Assembly (NCBI RefSeq): GCF_964355755.1
Contig: NC_092675.1
Coordinates: forward strand, 16,898,912-16,962,911
Direction: 5' to 3'
Source: Antedon mediterranea
Lineage: Eukaryota > Animalia > Echinodermata
Length of the DNA: 64,000 bases
The notes beneath the pieces were generated by a model. The model searched no databases and was not told the DNA's origin. It saw only the letters and a list, made by a program, of their open reading frames with translations. Every line of letters begins with the position of its first letter. Position 1 is the first letter of the stretch. Shown piece after piece: positions 59,161-64,000 of this stretch. The position numbers and the translations under genes were made by a program.

Positions 59161-60699
59161 CAGCCTCCCTGCAATAGTATAATATTGGAGATCCTTACAT
59201 TATTACATTATTTTACTATCAAATGTATGGTAAAATCAGATTTTTCTATTACTGAATATTGGTTTATTTACTTGCAATTTATTAAAATCTCACAACAGTA
59301 AATAACAATACTGTATGGCATTTATCAGCTAATAATAGATGAAGACATTTTTAGGTTTTAGTTGTAAATTATAATTTTTTTAATGTGCATCACTGTATGA
59401 ATGCTTCTGTGATAATGAAAATACCATTAAATTACTTTTAAAGGTACTAAGTGTACCTGTTCCTCTTAAATTGTATACTATAGTAATAAATATTACTTTG
59501 GTATATAGTACCTATAATCTTGAAAATGATATTATATGGCAGAAATACCAGCTAATGGTTCATTTGATGGAGATATTCATTAGATCAAAGGAAACGACTT
59601 TGTCAAAAACACCCTTACAATTTGAGGTTAATCTAGCTAATTCCTCCTACAATGTGTGCTTGAAACAGCGTTCCATTATGCGATTGGCTTTATACATGCA
59701 GTGCATAAGATCTACACGTTTCGGCTGTCACTTTCAATGTATTTTCCTGATTAACTGAAGATTTGAGGCAAATGTGACCTAATTTGGATTTTTTTCATTC
59801 TTATGCAAAAAATTGAGTGTTTAATATGCAAATTGTTTAATTGTGAAACATTTGATTGAAATTTTTGGATTTTGCATATGTCCAAAAATGATGAAATCAT
59901 TTTTTGTTTATTTGTTTTATAGATGTTCCTTGATCTACAGTATTTATGTAGAACCTCTTTTAAGGAGACACCTTTAAAACCAAATAAAGCATTCTCTAAT
60001 TAGGGATTTGCTGTAATGTTATCCATTCATGCATGGAAGTATCTCTTTAATAGTAGTGTCCCTGAATGGGTGTTCCCCTTAAATATGGTTGTCCCAAAGG
60101 AGGGATTCTTATACAGATGTATAGATATAGATTTTTGTACACTTTTCCTTAGCATTTTATTAAATAACCAGATGTCTATCTTCCATTTATTGAACATAAC
60201 AGCCTTTTGTAATTGACCCACATAAATCACAGACCAACAATATTAATGTACATAGTATGACCAATGCATGATTGACATACAGAATGTTAAATCTGAGCAT
60301 ACAGGATTAGTCTCGCATGAATAATGTCTTTTGTCGTAAAGATAAAAATCATACACTGTTCATCCACACTTTTTAATAGCTCGTAAAAAGTAAAATGCAT
60401 ATTGCAAATTTTTGTTAATGCTCTTCCTCCTACTAAATACACCGTAAAAAGTTATCGTACTGAAATTTGGGATTTTTTGATAAACCAAAAAAATTACATA
60501 ATGTTAAAACAAGCTTGTCATTAACCTAAATTAGAACTACAAAAGGTACGTTCACATAAGATTTTATCGTGCTTTCATATCGTGATATTGAATATCACGT
60601 AATAGCAGGAAGAGCGTTCACATAGAATTTTAACATCGTGATACGGTAAGTATGCTAATGAGGTGCACTGATGCGTGAAAGGCCAAACACACATGTGGG

Positions 60700-61890
60700 A
60701 AGCCTGGGGTAGCACTAACATTTCATTTTGTTTAGCCATTTGGCGAAAGTCAAAATATTTTTTTTAGTCAAATCAGTTTATCTATAGCCAAAATGGCTAA
60801 AGTCAAATTTTTTTATTTAGCCAAAATTTAAAATTGTTGAAATATAATGTTAAAAACATTTTAATCAATTTATCTTTGTCAACAGGTCTATACACTGTTC
60901 CCTGAACATTTTTGTAAGGTATTGAGATAAAGAACCATGCCTAAATCACTCTGTATGATTAAAAAAAAAAACATTCTTTTTGTATTTTTTTTACATGATC
61001 AAAACAAATTGTTCAAATTGTTTTTAATCATACAGCATTCATACAGTTATCAATTTAATAAGAAACATTTTACATTTTTCTGAAATCCCCTGAACGCTAT
61101 GTTACTTTTGTTTTTTACGCTTGGCTGGTCATTTGTGTGTGACGGCTTCCATCGTGTACCAGGCAAAAATCGTGTCCTAGACTTCACAGTCACTCAGCTC
61201 AGCATCACCACCGCGCAGCGGGTTAATGTTTTTAAATTGGGTATGCTCAAGAGGTGCGAAAGTGCAGAACCGCCGGCCTAGGCCTACAAAATCATGTACA
61301 ACAACGGTATATCAAGGCTGCGCCGAAGCGTTTCTGGCATGCAGGGCGAGAAATTTATCCCGATTATTTATTTACACACAACACAACACAGAAGCCGGCG
61401 GCCGACACCCCGCTCAGATGCACGTGTGTGTTTAGCTAAATCCCCGTTAGACTCTACCATTTCCCGCATGTTGTTTTGTTTACACTGACGCACGAGGGAA
61501 GTTTATTATGGGTAAAATATGAAACTACATTAAATTGAAAGACTCTAAAATGCATAACGCATACATTTTTGATTTCGATAAGATTAAATTCATCGAAGAT
61601 ACTATAATGTTTCTTTTTAATCTGAAAAGTACACCCCTATCGAAAAATAGACAATCCCGGTAATTAGCCGACCGTCGGCTATGTAGTCGTTTGTGCAGCG
61701 CACAACACGTGATAGTTTGGGTAGACTTCATCATCCATGTGTCGTGTAACGTCTGTCTCTCTGTGCAGTCTACCTCTGCTATCTCCATCTTTTTGAAATA
61801 ACAAAGAGACGCCTGGTACATATTTTTCGCCAATCTGGAAACGTTTTCGCCCATGGCGACTTGGCGATTGGCCAGTGCGAGCCTAGGAAG
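60700..61890. mobile_element. Possible non-autonomous DNA transposon remnant
   Basis: CpG-rich interior; weak inverted similarity between gccatttggcgaaagt (~60735) and acgttttcgcccatggc (~61841). Confidence 0.3.
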
Positions 61891-63989
61891 CGATTGTTGA
61901 TTTGTTTTTGTAGTGTGAGAGCCTCTATATAGTAGTAGTAACAGCTATAGGTTAAATGTCTAGATAAGGTGTTTTTTAACAATTTGTGTATTTCTGTTGT
62001 ATTAAAAGCAAATGTAAATATATATTTTACGAGTAATTTGAAACTAAAATTATAACTTTCTCACTAGTGGTTGCTGAGATATTGATATGGCTATTTTCTT
62101 GACCAATGGTCAAATATGTTCACGGCCATTTTTGGCAAAAGTTGTCCATTAAAGTGATTAGAAATTATACTGTATGTATCTTCTGAGTATTTTGACACCA
62201 ACTCTGATCATATCTGTTTCTGATATTTGAAAAGTGTGCTCCAAGCCAAAAATGTTTGTGCTTGCTATGTCAAACGTCAAAATTAGGGATTTATTTACAG
62301 TTTTATGATTTGCAAGTAATTTAAGACCACAATTATCATTTTCTGACCAGTGGTTGATGAGATATTCATATGGCCAATATCTTGACAAAAGGGGTTTTGG
62401 CAAAGGTTTCCCATTAGAGTGTATAGAAACATGGGTCTTTTGAGTAATTTGACACAAAATATTCCAATACACCCAAAAGTTACGCAAAGTCTTAACTTTG
62501 ACCATATTGACCTTTTGGCCCCTGTACTGATCAAGTATCCCAATTTTTTTTCCGTCAACAGCAAAAATTGATTTGTATTGATAATGATATAAAGAAGCAA
62601 AAAACATTGTTGGCATAGTTTGCTATATGTACAGTAGGTGCAGGTGAACCCTTTCTGGCTCCCTAACTACTCTATTTGCAGGGCGGATTGAACGAGGACA
62701 AATTTATTCACCAGGTTATACATATTTTTTAGTGTCACATCACATGATACATTGGTCTATTTAAAATCAATCCACAACTGTACTACATCGAATATTTTAT
62801 TATTACATTATTTTAATGTATTTACTGAAATTCATGACAACAATATTTAATATGCATATATACTGTAGGTTTAGGATAGTTAGTAAGTTGGCCCTATCCC
62901 CACCGTTTACATACAATACATGTTTTAATTCATGAAAAAAAAAAATTTCGGCCTAGAAATTATTTATTTACAATGTCTATGTAGGAATTAGCTTTGTTTA
63001 AAAAATCAGTTCCCTGTCAAGTCTGTAATATTGAAGAATATGAAATCATATACACATGCACCACAATTATATTTTTTTATCGATTTCGTGGTTAAAAATC
63101 AGTAGTTAACAAAATAAAGACAAGTTGCTGCGTGTGTGCAAATAGCAGTGTGTCAGCCTTTTTCGTGAGGTCTTCGTGCATGCCTTTGTGGTGGATCGAG
63201 TGGGTTTGATACATCCATGGTTGGACGGTCTAGCTTTCGAAATAGTCCTGGCTGTTTCACATTAATTTCTGGTTTGTTCTCCAGATTTCGATCAGGTATT
63301 TTATTCTTTAATCGTCTAACTCACTTGAAGCTGGCTGTCAACAAAATCAAAACAACAACAATGGTGACTTTTTCTGGTGGGTGGCCGAGATGCATGTTAA
63401 CCAGAATTAACGTGCTCTTCGAGAGAATGTTAACCAGAATTAACGTGATAAACAAGATCATGTTAACGAATTTCTGCAGGTTCATATAGAACATCATGAT
63501 ATTAGAAACTCACGATCATTTATGAATGTGAACCTATAGCTTTAGTTTTTTGTTTGTTTACCCTTTTATATTGGCATTTTATGCAATAAAAAAGCCATTG
63601 GAAACATTATATTTATGTACAGTTTGCAATATGGTCATCTCAACTCTCGATGGACTATTTGATAGTGATATAAATGGTACACTACATGTATTAAAAGTGG
63701 AAGTGGACAAATATTCAGCTTCTATATCATGTATGTGTGAAAACATTTCTGCAGTCTAAACTTTATACTAAACAAAAAACTAAAAGTAAACTGAACAAAC
63801 AACTAAAACTGAAAAAAAAACTAAAACTGAACAAAAAACTAGGTGATTTTGCAATAATGGGTTTCTTTAATAAAATATGAGGCTATTATTATTAATGTAG
63901 TATTGTCTTGTATTACTGTGTAATTTAAAATCTTGGTAATATTGTATTAAATTATTATTAAATATATCACATTTATTATGTTTTCCCAG

Positions 63990-64000
63990 GTATTTACTGT
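63990..64000 (+). other. Possible start of a further exon of the third gene
   Basis: ttatgttttcccag|g acceptor-like site at the window edge. Confidence 0.25.

Noticed and set aside
58883-59301. Cys/His-rich ORFs resembling metal-binding repeats
   Set aside because: All three frames of a 28-bp tandem repeat; no splice or codon support.
62158-62616. 152-aa minus-strand ORF
   Set aside because: No recognisable motif or exon boundaries; probably repeat-derived.

Overview
AT-rich, intron-rich animal genomic DNA, most likely a marine invertebrate deuterostome (inferred from proteins, intron pattern and repeats; the species cannot be established from the sequence). I spliced two complete, convergent genes by hand with consistent GT-AG sites and phases. 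HECTD3 (DOC + HECT E3 ligase) is on +, with 18 coding exons, 1857-24455, 842 aa. PIGG (GPI ethanolamine-phosphate transferase 2) is on -, with 11 coding exons, 35920-27941, 952 aa. A probable small exon of a divergent gene lies at the left edge. Probable non-coding 5' exons of a third large + gene lie at about 41.65-41.85 kb, 52148-52261 and 63990 onward. Introns and intergenic DNA hold non-autonomous Helitrons, Helentron/DINE-like elements, MITEs, LINE fragments, a decayed Ty3/Gypsy element, two tRNA-Val(AAC)-like copies, a 5S-rRNA-derived retroposon and several minisatellites. The most unusual signal comes from comparing repeat copies within the window: TA has been converted to TACTGTA or TAGGCCTA-type sequence, consistent with abundant transposon excision footprints, and the CTAG/AGGCCT class clusters near probable promoters.
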